Positions 1-13,772 of a stretch of 64,000 nt of DNA are shown here, piece by piece. Position numbers and translations under genes: made by a program. The DNA comes from Elephas maximus (Eukaryota): positions 30,439,814-30,503,813 of the forward strand of contig NC_064828.1 in NCBI RefSeq assembly GCF_024166365.1, written 5' to 3'. Under the pieces are notes generated by a model. That model searched no databases. It saw only the letters and a program-made list of their open reading frames with translations, and had not been told where the DNA came from. How positions within the stretch are numbered: the first letter of the stretch is position 1; the number at the start of each line of letters is the position of its first letter.

Positions 1-1596
1 CTGCTTCTCTCTAGTGTCAACCCATTGGTCATTTTTCTACTCTCTGTCCCTACACAAAATATGTCAAATTCTCTCAGAACCTGAATAAAAGGGGAAGAAT
101 TATTGGGGCTCTTGTTTCCCTGTTATCTCTAACATTCATACACTCTCATCCACTATAGCTGCTTGCAGCCACAAGATATTTTTACACCCCCTCAAGCCCC
201 TATCACTCTTCTATAAGTCTTAAAATCTGACACTCAAAACTGAAAGCAAGGGTCTACATACAGTCTGACAGACACTGTAGTAAAACCTCTCTCTGGCTAC
301 CAGATTTTCCTTGGTGCAGCCTAGAAAGAGTGTTTGTACAACTGTATCATACCTGTTACTCATACAGACTTTATCTCGATCTACTAAGGTTCCAAGCACA
401 TTTCATACATGATGTTGAATATATAGAAAGTTAGCTTTCTGGGCCAAAAGAATGGACTTCAAAATTTTATCTTGTTAGACCCAGCCCTTACAGCTTCTTT
501 AGACAGACTCTTATTCTTTCATCCATCCTCTGAGGAGTCCACTGAGTTTTACGTTCTTTAAATATTTCATCAGTTATCAATGGTATTCAAGTCACTGATA
601 AACTGTTGAACAGGACTGAACCAAGGACAAAGACCTGAGTCGATCATTAGGAGTCTTCCAAATTAATCCATCATTTACTGCACTCTCTGGTTATAGTCAT
701 TCAATTTTTTATTAATCCTCCCTCACATCTCCTCAAGGATATTAACAGAAATTACTGACAAACATATCACTAGGATCTAAACAAACTGAATACCTAGCTC
801 TCTCTGGTCTTTCAGCCCAGTAACACTATTAGAATAGTATTGCTCTGTCATCTTGGACCATGATGAGGGCCAGGCCACCCCTAGAGGCAATAGACGGAGA
901 GAGGGAAGGAAGCTGGTCCCCAGCAACTTTGTGGAGCTGCTATTCCTACCCTGGGATGCCGCTGCCAGAATTGTTTAACTGAAAGAGAAATAAACTATTG
1001 TATAAAGAAAAAAGAAAGTATTATTCTAACAGATTCAAGTAATCCTGGAACCAAGAATCCAAGCCTGGAGAGAATGAAGCAGGCCAACCACAGGGTTTGT
1101 TTGTTTGTTTTCCAAAAGCATTTAATTCTGTTCCAGCCCCAAAGAGGGGAAGGACCTAATTTTTAAAAAATAAAAATAAAAATTGCTCAAAAAACAAGCC
1201 ATTAAAAAATTAAACCACCTCCCTTAGCAATAAATACTGAACTGATATATACACATGAGGCTCAGGAAGGAAGCAAGAACAGGAACCTTGGGGACTCTGT
1301 CCCATAGCAAGATCCCAACACTTCTACCAACTCAATGCTCTTTGCCTAAAACAGAGAGCAGTGAAAGAGGCAGGAGAGACATATCAGGAGAGTATGGAGG
1401 GAGCTCGAACATGGTGACAGAAGGAGAAACAGAAGGGACACAGTGTGTCTTAATGGCAGAGGACGCGAAAGTCTTCATCTAAAACATCCCCAACCCCAGC
1501 CCGGTTGATTCACTGGATGTGCCTGGTCCAGCCGCCAAGTCCCTTGAGCTTATCTCCTTGCCTCCAGTCCCTATTTAGCTCGTGAGTCATGGAAGG

Positions 1597-1716
1597 TCAT
1601 TCGCACTGTGGCCGCGATGCTACTGTGGCAGCAGCCTGGCTGCTGGAGCCCTGAGGCTTCCCATTCACCACCAGCAGGAGGGGCGTCTCCACACGAACAC
1701 TGGGAAAGGAATAGTC
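1597..1716 (-). CDS. TTC5: TTC5 coding exon 10 (last), including the TGA stop. Encodes [39 protein letters not shown]
   Basis: Acceptor cttttctag|gac. The translation matches the TTC5 (Strap) C-terminus as recalled. The exon is in phase with exon 9. Confidence 0.88.
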   Translation of the reverse strand, partial: DYSFPSVRVETPLLLVVNGKPQGSSSQAAATVASRPQCE

Positions 1717-3205
1717 CTAGAAAAGACAGACACACAGAGGTTCAATACAGGTCCTAGGATGGAAGAAACTCCAGGACGGGGATATACTACCTGCAACTTC
1801 CACCCTCTCCCGCCCAGTATATTCACCCTTACCCCCTTTTCTCAAGGTTTTCAATCTTCGCAAGGAAAATCTGGGGCAGGTATGGTACAGTAGTGTCACA
1901 GAGAGAAACGGACAATTCTCTGATTCAAAAAAAAGGGTTCCTGCACTGCCTAACAAAAGGATGCCTCCGGCTCTCACAGAATCTGCAGCGTGTATTGACA
2001 ATTAACTAGATACACAAAGCTGCCAGCCAGAGAAGGGAAATTCTGAGAAACTCAAAGCCCCAGTGCTTGTGAGGCCCTTAATTAATCTACCAAATATAAG
2101 AGGAAGTTACTTCTCCCTTTTATACTAACAAGAAAAAACAGAATGAGTGGTAAGACATTTTCCTAATTGTAGAAAAGGTGTGTCAAGCTCATTTTATCAG
2201 TTTGAATTTAAGTTGCAAAGCACGTTGCTAAAAGATATCCATCAAAAAAATCTATTGTTCCAGTGGGAGTAAGGAAGGGCTCTTTTAAGTCAAAGTAAGG
2301 ATGCAAATTAAAAAGTTCATACAAATCTCTTTAAAAATAATCCTAACAGGAATATGGGCAAATGATAAAAACTGGCAATTTATAAAACAGAATATAGTCA
2401 ATAAACATATAAAATAATGTTCCACTTCACCAATCACCAAGAAAGCAAATTAAATCAGTGTTAATGCTGTATTTTTCATATAAAATCAACAGGTAATTTT
2501 TCAAAGGTTTCTATCCAGAGTTGAAAACACTACAGGGAAAGATTACTCACTCCCATTACTGATACTAGTAACTAATTCATATAACCTTCCAGAGAATAAT
2601 TTGGCAATATATATCAAAAGACAGAACTCTGCCTATCTTTGGATCCAGGATTCTTCCTTAAAAATTCATTTATGGAAATAATCATGGATATGGGCAAAAA
2701 TACAAAAATGTTTACTACCGTACTTTTTATAATAAGGCAAAATTGGAAATGATCTAGATCTGGGGCCATCAAACATTTTATGTAAAGGGCCAGAGAGTAA
2801 ATCTTTTGGGCTTTGCAGGCCATACAGCCTTTGTCACAGAGCTGCTCACTCCTTGCTGCAGTGCAAAAGCAGCCACAGACAACTGTTCCCAGAGGTGGCT
2901 GTGCTCCAATAAAATTTCATTTATGCACACTGAAATTTGAACTTTTATAATTTCCACATGTCACAATATATTATTCTTTTATTGATATCTTTTTAATCAT
3001 ATAAAAATGTAAAACACATTCTTAGCTCACATGACACAAAACAGGTGGTGGGCTAGATCTGGTTGATGGGCTATAGTTTGCCAACATCTGATCTAGATGG
3101 TGAAAAAGTATTTAAATACCTACCCTCCCAAGACTTTTATGAGGATTAAATGAGACAATGAAGGTAGTAAAGCTCTTAGCACAGTGCCTAGCACTCAGTT
3201 ACCCA

Positions 3206-3370
3206 AAACCAAACCAAACCCATTGCCATCAAGTTGATTCTGACTCAAGCAACCCTACAGAACAGAGTAGAACCGCCCCATAGGGTTTCCAAGGAGTAAC
3301 TGGTGGATTCGGACTGCCAACCTTTTGGTTAGCAGCCTGAGCTCTTAACCAGTGCACCATCAGGGCTCCA
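3206..3370 (-). mobile_element. AfroSINE copy (tRNA-derived SINE of Afrotheria)
   Basis: Consensus-like aaaccaaacccattgccatcaagttgattctgactca...agtagaaccgccccatagggtttccaaggag...ggttagcagc...cagtgcaccatcagggctcc. Confidence 0.75.
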
Positions 3371-3785
3371 GCACTGTTAAGTGTTCTGTAAATGTTAACT
3401 ATCAGCATCATCACCACTACTACCATTCCTAGTACCACTATGTGTCAATTCAAAACAATGTTGTGGAATATGTGAAAGCACAGAGGAATGTTTATAAACA
3501 TTTATACATAATATCCTACTCACAATTGACTATGTGCATATATTTATGAAAAGGAAAAAGATGGGGGGGCAGGAAGTATATGCATAAAACCATTAACATA
3601 TGAGTGACAGCGTTTCCATTCATTTTCTTTAGTTCTTTTTCCTGACCAGTAGTTTCCCTTTTTCATAAAAATAAATAAAATTATATATATACACACATTG
3701 CCTTTACACCTATGTTTTTAAAAAGCAATAAACAGTTCCACTTCCAGAGCCTCTGAAGGGAGAGGGAAGCCTAGTCATCACTCAC

Positions 3786-3930
3786 CTTTCCCTTGTGCTG
3801 AATGCGGTGAAGCCGAAGGTTGGGCTCAGGGATGGCCACAGAGTCCCCAATGAGCACTCCCCAGCTCTGTACCATGTTATACACCATTACTGCATAGCAA
3901 GGTCCATCTGAATCTACCAGGCCAAATGTA
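3786..3930 (-). CDS. TTC5: TTC5 coding exon 9. Encodes (F)[48 protein letters not shown]
   Basis: Acceptor cctgcag|t and donor aag|gtgagtg. The exon enters in phase 2 and completes TT+T=Phe, and it leaves in phase 0. Confidence 0.9.
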
Positions 3931-4935
3931 CTGCAGGGTTAAGATGGGTTAGGGGAAAAAAGAAAAAGTGGAAAGTGGGTAGAAGAAAAGAGTGGAAAAA
4001 GTGGTTTTAAGATATTAGCAAAATAAAGGAATGCTTTTTCAGTTACTTATTTAGAAAACCTATGACAGCTCCCATCCCCCACCGTGTACGTCTGAGTCAT
4101 CATTTATTATAGGTATTATATATGCTTAGAGAACAAGCACCAGACTCATCAATCTCACTTTGCCAAAAACATGGGACAAACACATGCTGAGGCTATTCAA
4201 CAAATATTAATGATGGAACTAGTCCAAAATTCTGCAGCTGAAGTATTATTCCTGGCCTATCAATTTAACGATCACAGCCTTCACCAAACCCTCTAACTAT
4301 GACTGTCAATTTGATTTCATTCCACAAATTTTCCCAGAATACCTACTACGTGCCGAGCATTGTGCTCAGCAGTAGGACACCAATCCCGCTATGAGTGAGC
4401 ATACGGCCTACCAGGAGCGAGGCGATTTCACTTACAGTGCCATATGATAGGTGCTAGAACAGCATTATCCTTGTGCTGAATTCAGTGCGGCTGAAGGTTG
4501 GGCTCTAAGAACCCAGAGGAGAAATGCCTACATCAAAATTAGAAAGCAGGGAAGGTTTCCCTGAGGAGATGACCCTTACAGTCAATCTTAAAGGATAAAA
4601 AATGAGCTGTGATAAAACAGGAAAACTAATCCTCAGTGGAAAAAAAAAAAACTTTGGCAGGATGGGGACAGACACTGACTGGGAAGGGGCAGGAGGGAAA
4701 CTCCTGGAATGATACTAAAGCTCTATATTTTTATAGGGTTTGGGTTACACAGGCGTATGCATTTGTCAAAATTCAACAAGCAGACACTGAAGATTTGTGT
4801 ATTTCATTGTATGTAAATTTTGCATCAAAAGAAGATCTTTTAAACAAACACTGAACTCTAGTTAATGATTATATGCTGAAGTATACTGATCTCTGCAATT
4901 TACTTTAAAATGTACAAAAAAATAAGATGGATAAA

Positions 4936-5100
4936 TGGAGCCTCCTGGTGGTGCGGTGGTTAAAAGCCTGACTGCTAACCAAAAGATCAGCAGTTCAAAT
5001 CCACCGGCTGCTCCTTGGAAGCCCTATAGGGCAGTTCTACTCTGTCCGTTAGGGTTGCTATGAGTCAGAATCAACCTGATAGCAACAGGTTTCTGGTTTT
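4936..5100 (+). mobile_element. AfroSINE copy
   Basis: tRNA-like head ggagcctcctggtggtgcggtggttaaaagcctgactgctaaccaaaagatcagcagttcaaatccacc, followed by the body ...ctatagggcagttctactctgtccgttagggttgctatgagtcagaatcaacc. Confidence 0.75.
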
Positions 5101-5639
5101 GTAATGGATGAATAGCGGGATAGGCAGATAGGTGATAAACTAAGTATAGTAAAATGTTAACAGTAAAATCTAAGTGCTAAGTACTACATGAGAATTCACT
5201 GTAAAATTTTTTTTCACCTTTGCTGTATGTTTAAAATTTTTTATAATAAAATGTTGGGGGAGAGGGAAGGTAGCTACATCAAGAAGGGAGGAAAAGGATG
5301 CAGAAGGAAGCAAAAAAAAGACACAGGGGCATGAAATTAGCTGTTCAGAAGCCATTGCTGGAACAAAAGACACATGTGGGAAAGGGACAGAAGACGACAC
5401 AGAGAGGGAGACAGGGAGCAAACCAGGAAGAGCTTGGAACACTAAGCTAAGCTACGGAGTTCAGACTTTATCGTAAAAACTCTAAAGTACCAGTAATGGA
5501 TTTTAAATAAGAAGGTAGCATGATCAGATTTGCATCTTGGAAAGATTTCTCTGACAGCACTGTGGAACAGTGGAGAAAAAACAGGAAGTCAGAAAGACCT
5601 GTTTTGAAAAGTGATGTGAGACTGAATTTAAAGGCAGCA

Positions 5640-5840
5640 GAGACAAAACCAGTTGCCCTCAAGTTGACTCTGACTCATGGCAACCCCACGTGTGTTAAGA
5701 AGAGAACTGTGCTCCATAGAGTTTTCAATGGCTAGTTTTTTGGAAGTAGATCACCAGGCCTTTCTTCTGACGTGGTTCTAGGTGGACTTGAACTTCCAAC
5801 CTTTCAGTTAGCAACTGAGTGCATTAGTCATTGGCACCAC
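5640..5840 (-). mobile_element. AfroLA-like SINE fragment
   Basis: Similar to the copy at 41385-41720 (…ccatagggttttca…ttttcagaagtagatcac(c/t)aggcc…ggaagctccactgaaac…). Confidence 0.5.
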
Positions 5841-6199
5841 CCAGGGACCTCAGAAACAGAGAACTAGGGACAGAAAAGTGACTCTATAGGACTTGGGGAG
5901 TATCTCAGTGCAGAAGAATGGAAAAGCCTGGAATGATTTCCAGAAGTCTTAATTGACAGGATACAGGTGGTGTCATTCATGATAGGAAATACAGGGGAGA
6001 GAAGCAGGTTTAGATGAAAAGATGACAACATCAATTTTGAACATACTGAGTTAGAAGTTTCTGGTTGGAGCCCACAGGCAGTGAGCAAAGGAATCCAAAG
6101 CTTGGGAGTAAGGCTTGAGCTGGAGATAAACCTATGAGTATACAGGAGGTGGCCAAAGCCCAGGTATACACAACATAACCAAGCAAGAGGATCTAGAGA

Positions 6200-9100
6200 T
6201 GAGATGGCAAACAATTGGCCACCTCAGGTACATCACCTCAGGCACATCTGAATTCACAACAAACACTGCAATCAAGCATAGCACTCTCCTGGTGAATCCC
6301 ATCAAAGCCTCAGAATCCTTCTGCACAGAGGATGCAAGCAACCACTGCCAACCAATCAAAACTGGCATCTATTTGCCATCACATTGTGGACAAAAAAAGA
6401 GGACAGGAACAAAAACAACAGAGTTCTGGGAACCTTACACCTACAAGTCAGGCAGAAAAAGGGCAACCAACAAGTGGCAAAAGATTTATTTGTTCTCAAG
6501 GCCCCCTAAAACTTACCATTGTCTATACCCTTTCTCATTCCTCTTAGCTCACCTCCCACATCGCCCCCCTCCCCACGCAGCCCTGCACACCCAAGACTGT
6601 AGGTGAGAGTCTACGCACCACACACCTGGTGACCAACAACCCAGGCACCTTCACTCCAACGATGAGGCAAGCAGTACAGTGCACAACACCCAGCCCAACA
6701 GCCAGAAGAACGCCCCTTGTACCCACAGCTAGGTGACCAGGACAGAAAAATCACCTCACCAAAAATACCCCTAACATCCTCAGCAGCCCAGCAAGAACAG
6801 CAAAAAGGGGCCCATCCTTACACACCCACTAGCTGTTCCACCCACCTGGAGACAGGAGGTGAGAGCTTCAATGTAGTCAGATTAGTAACCAGAGTAGCAC
6901 ACATGCCTAGCCTACTTAGAAGTATCAAAGCAAAACAAATTCAGGATGCAGGAAACAAACATACAATAAATAAATAAACATAATAACTTCTTGATGCCTT
7001 GGAGACAAAACCAATATAAAATCTCATAAAGAAGCAGGACAAGATGGCTCCAGCAAATGATCAAAATAAAGGACCAGAAAACCTCCTGGAGGGAGATAAG
7101 GCAACGAAACTACCTGATAAAGAATTGAAAAGACTAATATACAGAGCCTTCCAGGATATCAGGGAAAACACAGACAAAACCACGGAAAACACAGAAAAAG
7201 CATTAAAGGAATTCAGGAAAACAAAATAAGAACAAAGCAACAGAATAAATAGGCTACTAGAAACCATACAAACACAGCAATCAGAAATCCATGAGATCAA
7301 CAATAAAATTTCAGAATTAGACAACTCGATAGAAGGACATAAGAACAAAATTGAGACAATGGAAGACAGAATTAGTGACAATGAAGACAAATCCCTTGAC
7401 ACCAATTCGTTTGAAGAAAAATAAGAAAAATGAAGAAAGCCTAAGCATTATGAGGGATGAAAAACCTACATGTGATCGGAGTTCCAGGACAGGGGGGAAT
7501 AATAGAAAACACGGAGAGAACTGTTGACAATTTGCTCGTAGAAAACTTCCCTAATATCATGAAAGAAAGATATCCATCTAAGGATCTCAGTGAACTCCAT
7601 ATAGGATAGACCCCAAAAGAAAGTCACCAAGACATACCATAATCAAACTTGCCAATACCAAAGACAAAGGAAGAATCCTCAGAGTGGGTAGGGAAAAACA
7701 AAAAGTCACCTACAAAGGAGAACCAAGAAGACTAAGATCTGATTACTCAACTGAAACCATGCAGGCAAGAAGGTAATGGATGACATATATAAAGCCTTGA
7801 AGGAAAAAAACTGCCAGTCAAGAATTATCTATCCAGCAAAACTGTCTCTCAAATATGACAGCAAAATTATGACATTTCCAGATAAAAAGAAATCAAGGGA
7901 ATATGTAAAAATCACACCAAAATTACAAGAAATATTAAAGGGAGTTCTCTGGTTAGAGAACCAACAACATCAGACAACAATCCAACGCTAGGACACAGGA
8001 TAGATCAACCAGATGCCAACACAGATAGGGAATTCTCAAAAACAAAACAACGCTAATGGCTGAAAATAGGGAGCCAGAGATATCAATATGTAAACAACAA
8101 CAACACCAAAACAAAAAAGAGAGAATATACTGTGTCGTTATAGAACTTCCATATAGAAAGTAAGTCAAGGCGATATAAAGAAATAAAGACTGATCTAAAC
8201 TTCAGAAAGTAAAGGTACATTTCAAGGAAACTGCAGAGGAAGCTAACGAGCCTACCCATAAAAATAAAAAACAAGAAAAACATTAAAGACTCAGTGAACA
8301 CAAAATCGGCAATCATGAAACAAATGAAAAGAATATCAATAAACAGAAAGAACTCAGCACACAACATTAAGCGGAACAAAGAAGCTGTCAATACCACAAA
8401 AAAAGTACAACAAAACGACAGCACAGAACTCATACCTATCAATAATTACATTGAATCTAAACGGCTTAAATGCACCAGTAAAGAGACAGAGTGGCAGAAT
8501 GGATTAAAAAAACAGGATCCATCTATATGCTGTCTATGAGAGACATACCTTAGACACAAAGACATAAACCAACTAAAACTGAAAAGATGGAAAAACTATA
8601 TCAATCACACAACCAAAAAAGAGCAGGAATAACAATATTAATCTAAGTAAGAAGGCTTTAAAGCAAAATCTACCATAAAGGATAAGGAAGGACACTATAT
8701 AATAATTAAAGGGTTGCTACACCATGAGGACATTACCATAACAAATATATACGCACCCAATGACAGGGTTCCAAAATATATAAAACAAACTCTAACAGCA
8801 CTGAAAGGAGAAACAGACAGCTCCACAATAATAGCAGAAGAACTTCAACACACCACTATCAGTGAAGGACAGAACATCTAGAAAGAAACTCAATAAAAAT
8901 ACCTAAGATCTAAATGCCTGAATCAACCAACTTGACCTCATGGACACATACAGAACATGCCACCTAACAGCAGCAAAGTATACATTCTTTCCAAAACACG
9001 AGAAACATTCTTTAGAATACACTACATATTAGGCTACAAAGCAAGCCTCAACAAAATCCAAAACATCGAAATAATACTAAGCATCTTTTCTGCTCATAAT

Positions 9101-12100
9101 GCCATAAAAGTAGAAATCAGCAACAGAAATAGTAAGAAAAAAAGTCAAATACATGGAAACTGAACAACACCTTGCTTAAAAACTACTGGATAATAGAAGA
9201 AATCAAGGATGGAATAAAAAAAATTCCTAAAATCAAATGAGAATGAAAACATATCTTACCAAAACCTTTGGGACGCAGCAAAAGCAGTGCTTAGAGGTCA
9301 ATTTACAGCAATAAACACACACATCAAAAAAGAAGGAAGGGCCAAAATCACAACATTAGCCCTGCAATTCAAACAAATAAAAAGAGAACAACAAGCAAGG
9401 CCCTCAGGCACCAGAAGAAAGGAAATAATAAAGATTAGGACAGAAATAAATGAAATAGAGAATAGAAAAACAATAGAATCAACAAGACCAAAAATTGATT
9501 CTTTGAAAAGATCAAAATCAACAAACCACTGGCCAAGCTGACAAAAGAAAAAGAGAGAAAACAAATGATTTGAATAAGAAATGAGACAGGTAATATCTCA
9601 GTACAGCCAACTGAAATAAAAAGGATCATTACAGAAGATTATGAAAAACTGTACTCTAAAAAATTAGAAAACCTAGAGGAAATGGACAAATTTCTAGAAA
9701 CACACGACCTACCTAAACTAACACAAGCTGCAGTAGAAAACCAAAACAGACCAAAAACAAAAGAAGAGATTGAAGAAGTAATTTTAAAAACTCCCAACAA
9801 AACAAAGCTTTGGCCTGGACAGCTTCACTGGAAAATTCTACCAAACTTTCAGAGAAAAGCTCAAACCAATACTACTCAAACTATTTCAGAGCATAGAAAA
9901 GGAAAGAATACTCCTGAATTCATTCTATGAAACCAGCATAACCCTGATACCAAAGCCAGGCAAAGACATCACAAAAGAAAAAAAAAAAATTACAGACCAA
10001 TATCCCTCATGAATATAGATACAAAAATTCTAGCCAACAGAATTCAACAGCATATCAAAAAAATATAGCCCAGTGGGATTCATACCAGATATGCAAGGAT
10101 GGTTCAACATTAGAAAAATCAATCAACATAAACCACCACATAAATAAAACAAAAGAATCACACAATCATGTCAATAGACGCAGAAAAGACAATTGACAAA
10201 GCCCAATACCCATTCCTGATAAAAACTCTCAACAAAATAGGAATAGAAGGGAAATTCCTCAACATAATAAAGGGCATCTATACAAAACCAACAGCCAACA
10301 TCATTCTCAATGGAGCAGGCTGAAACCATTCCCCTTGAGAGTAAGAACCAGACAAAGATGCCCTTTATCACCACTCTTATTCAACATCGTGCTGGAAGTC
10401 CTAATGAAATCAGTAAGGCAAGCAAAAGAAATAAAGGGTATCCAAACTGGTAAGGAGGAGGTAAAACTATCCAGATTAGCGGATGATATGATCCTATACA
10501 CAGAAAACCCCAAAGAATACACAAGAAACCTACTGGAACTAATAGAAGATTTCAGCAAAGTAACACGATACAAGATACAAAATATTTTTTACATACAAAA
10601 ATCAGTTGGATTCCTCTACACCAACAAAGAGAACTTTGAAAAGGAAATCACCAAATCAATACCATTTACAACACCTCCAAGAACATAAAATACTTAGGAA
10701 TAAATCTAACCAGGGACGTAAAAGACCTACACAAAGAAAACTACAAAACACTACTGCAAGAAACCAAATGAGACCTACATAAATGGAAAAACATGCCATG
10801 CTCATGGATAGGAAGATTTGGCATTGTCAAAATGTCAACACTACCCAAACCGATGCACAAATACAATGTAATCCTGATCCAAATTCTAACAGCATTCTAT
10901 AATGAGATGGAAAAACAAATCACCAACTTTATATGGAAATGGAAGATGCCCCAGCTAAGTAAAGCATTACTGAAGAACAAAGCGGGACGCCTCATACTAT
11001 CTGATCTTGGAGCCTATTACACCACCACCGTAGTCAAAATAGCCTGGTAGTGGTACAACAACAGACACATAGACCAATGGAACAGAATTGAGAACCCAGA
11101 CATAAATCCATCCAGTTGTGGTCAGCTGATATTTCACAAAGGGCCAAAGTCTGTTAAATGGGGAAAATACAGTCTCTTTAGTAAATGGTGCTGGCATAAC
11201 TGGATGTCCATCTGTAAAAAAAAAAAATGAAACAAGATTCATACCTCACACCATACACAAAAACTAATTCAAAATGTATCGAAGACCTAAATATAAAACC
11301 TAGAATGATAAAGATCATGAAAGAAAATATAGGGACAATGCTAGAGGCCCTAACACATGACATAAATACAATATGAACCATAACTAACAATGCACAAATA
11401 CCAGAAGGCAAACTAGATAACTAAAAAAACCAAAACCAAACGCATTGCCGCCAAGTCAATTCCGACTCACAGTGACCCTACAGGACAGAGTAGAACTGCC
11501 CCATAAGGTTTCCAAGGAGCACGTGATGGATTCAAACTGCAGACCTTCTGGTTGGCAGACGTAGCTCTTATCCACTACCCAACCAGGGTTTCCAACTAGA
11601 TAACTAGGACCTCTGAAAAATTAAACACTTAAGCTCATCAAAAGACTTCACCAAGAGTAAAAACAGAACCTGCAGACTGGGAAAAAAATTTTGGCTACAA
11701 CATATTCAACAAGGCTCTAATCTCTAAAACCTAAAAAATATTTCAACACCTCAGCAACAAAAAGACAATAATCCAATTAAAAAATGCGCAAAGGATATGA
11801 ATAGACACTTTACCAAAAAAGACATTAAGACAGCTAACAGACACATGAGGAAATCCTCACGATCATTACCCACTAGTGAACTGCAAATCAAAATTACAAT
11901 AAGATACCATCTCACTCCAACAATCCTGGCACTAATAAATAAAACAGAAAGTAACAGATGTTGGAGAGGTTGCGGGGAGACTGGAACTCTTATGCACTGC
12001 TGGTGGGAATGTAAAATGGTACAAACACTATGAAAAACAATATGGCGCCTCCTTATAAAGCTAGAAATAGAAATCCCATGTAATTCAGCAATCCCAATCC

Positions 12101-13382
12101 TAGGAATATATCCTAGAGAATAAGTGCCGTCGCACAAATAGACATATGTACACCCATGTTCACTGCTGCACTACTGGGAATAGCAAAAAGATGGAAACAA
12201 CCTAAGTGCCCATCAACAGATGAATGGATAAACAAATTATGGTATATACACACAGTGGAATACTTCGCAATGATAAAGAACAATCATGAATCCTCAAAAC
12301 ATCTCACAACGTAGATGAACCTGGAGGGCATTAAGCTGAGTGAAATAAGTCAATCACAAAAAGACAAATCTTGTATGAGGCCACTATTATAAAAACTCAA
12401 GAAAAGGTTTACACGTAGAAAAAAATATTCTTTGATAGTTACAAGGGTGGGGAAAATGATGAAGGGAAATCACTAACTAGATAGTAGACAAGTGTCAACT
12501 TTGGTGAAGGGAAAGACGGTACACAATATAGGAGAAGTCAGCACAACCTGACCAAGGCAGAGCCATAGAAGTTTCCTAGACACATCCAAACACCTTGAGG
12601 GACCGAGTTACAGGGGCTGAAGGCTGGGCACCATTGTTTCAGGGACATCTAGATCAACTGGCATATCACAGTTCATAAAGAAAATGTTCTAAATCCTTCT
12701 TCGGTGAGCACTGTCTGGGGTCTTAAAAGCTAGCAAGCAGCCATCTAAGACACATCTATTGGTTCCATCTCATCCGGAGCAAAAGAGAATGAAGAAAACA
12801 AAAGACACAAGGAAAATACTAGCCCAAAGGACTAAAGGATCACATGGGCCAGAGCTTCTACCAGCCAGAGCCCAGAAGTGCTAGATGTCCTGGCCACCAT
12901 CACCAATCACCATAACAGGGATCATGGACTGAGCAGGAGAAAAATGTAGAACAAAATTCAAATTCACAAAAAAAGCCCAAGCTTACTGGTCTGACAGAGA
13001 CTAGAGGAACCCCCGAGACTATGGCCCCTGGACACTCTGCTAACTCAGAACTGGAACCACTCCCAAAGTACACTTTTCAGACAAAGCTTAGACAGGCCTA
13101 TAAAACCAACAATAACACACATGAGGAGCGTGCTTCTTAGTTCAATCAATAGATGAAACCAAATAGGCAACTCTTGCCCAAAAGGAAGCCAAGAAGGCAG
13201 GAAGGGATAGGAGCTGGACAAATGGGCACAGGGAACCCGGGGTGGAAAGGGGGAGAGTGGTATTACATGGTGGGGATTGCAACCAACATCACAAAGCAAT
13301 ATGTGTATAAATTTTTGAACAAGAAACTCACTTGAGCCATAAACTCTCACCTCAAGCACAATAAAATTAAAAAAAAAAAAAA
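6200..13382 (+). mobile_element. Old, near full-length LINE-1 of an afrotherian L1 family. An ORF1 remnant lies at about 7040-8000 and a frameshifted ORF2 (endonuclease, RT and C-terminal domains) at about 8040-12120. The roughly 1 kb 3'UTR ends in a poly(A) tract at 13365-13382. The 5' boundary is approximate.
   Basis: ORF1-like peptides (MAPANDQNKGPENL..., ...KLSLKYDSKIMTFPDKKKSREYVK...). An ORF2 RT motif (...[13 protein letters not shown]...RLADDMILY...). The C-terminal ...[23 protein letters not shown] terminal A-run. The element sits entirely in TTC5 intron 8. Confidence 0.8.
11430..11592 (-). mobile_element. AfroSINE nested inside the ORF2 region of the old L1
   Basis: caaaaccaaacgcattgccgccaagtcaattccgactcacagtgaccctacaggacagagtagaactgccccataaggtttccaaggag... 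It interrupts L1 ORF2 sequence on both sides. Confidence 0.75.
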
Positions 13383-13557
13383 AAGAATCAACCCAACAGC
13401 AACTGGTTCAACTGGTTAGACAATACCTGCTACAGAAGAGAAGAAGAATTCACTAATCTGTGGCCACTAACAATGTCCTGAGCTGTCAGCAAAAGGCCAT
13501 GAAGTAAGGGCAATTAGTTCAGAAGGGTATAAAAGAGGAAAAGCAAGAAACACTCAC

Positions 13558-13772
13558 AAGGGTACTTTCTCCTCTGTAGTAAGGCTAAACACCACCTTTC
13601 CCAGGACCACAACACCACTATTCACACCAGGCTGCAGCACACTCAGTGGCTTGAGCTCCAGGGTCACCTTCTGCCCAGAGGCTGACTGATAGTGCCCGTC
13701 ACCACAAGGGCCTAGATGGGCTGGGCGCAAGCTTCCCAGCATGCTCTGCAACTTTTTGGTCTTTACCTTTCC
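13558..13772 (-). CDS. TTC5: TTC5 coding exon 8. Encodes [23 protein letters not shown]...SLTTEEKVP
   Basis: Acceptor ctgcag|gga and donor ccctt|gtgagtg, which leaves a 2-nt overhang. It overlaps the track ORF 13554..13751. Confidence 0.9.

Noticed and set aside
4936-5010. tRNA-like sequences, more than 30 instances of the type ggagccctggtggcgcagtggttaag...ggttcgaatcc
   Set aside because: These are the tRNA-derived heads of AfroSINE elements. Each is always fused to the SINE body, present in dozens of diverged copies in both orientations, and lacking intact acceptor stems. They are not functional tRNA genes.
7044-12137. Many ORFs encoding RT-like, endonuclease-like and coiled-coil peptides, for example 7044..7229, 10335..10688, 11797..12033 and 54524..54928
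   Set aside because: These are LINE-1 ORF1 and ORF2 remnants, not host genes.
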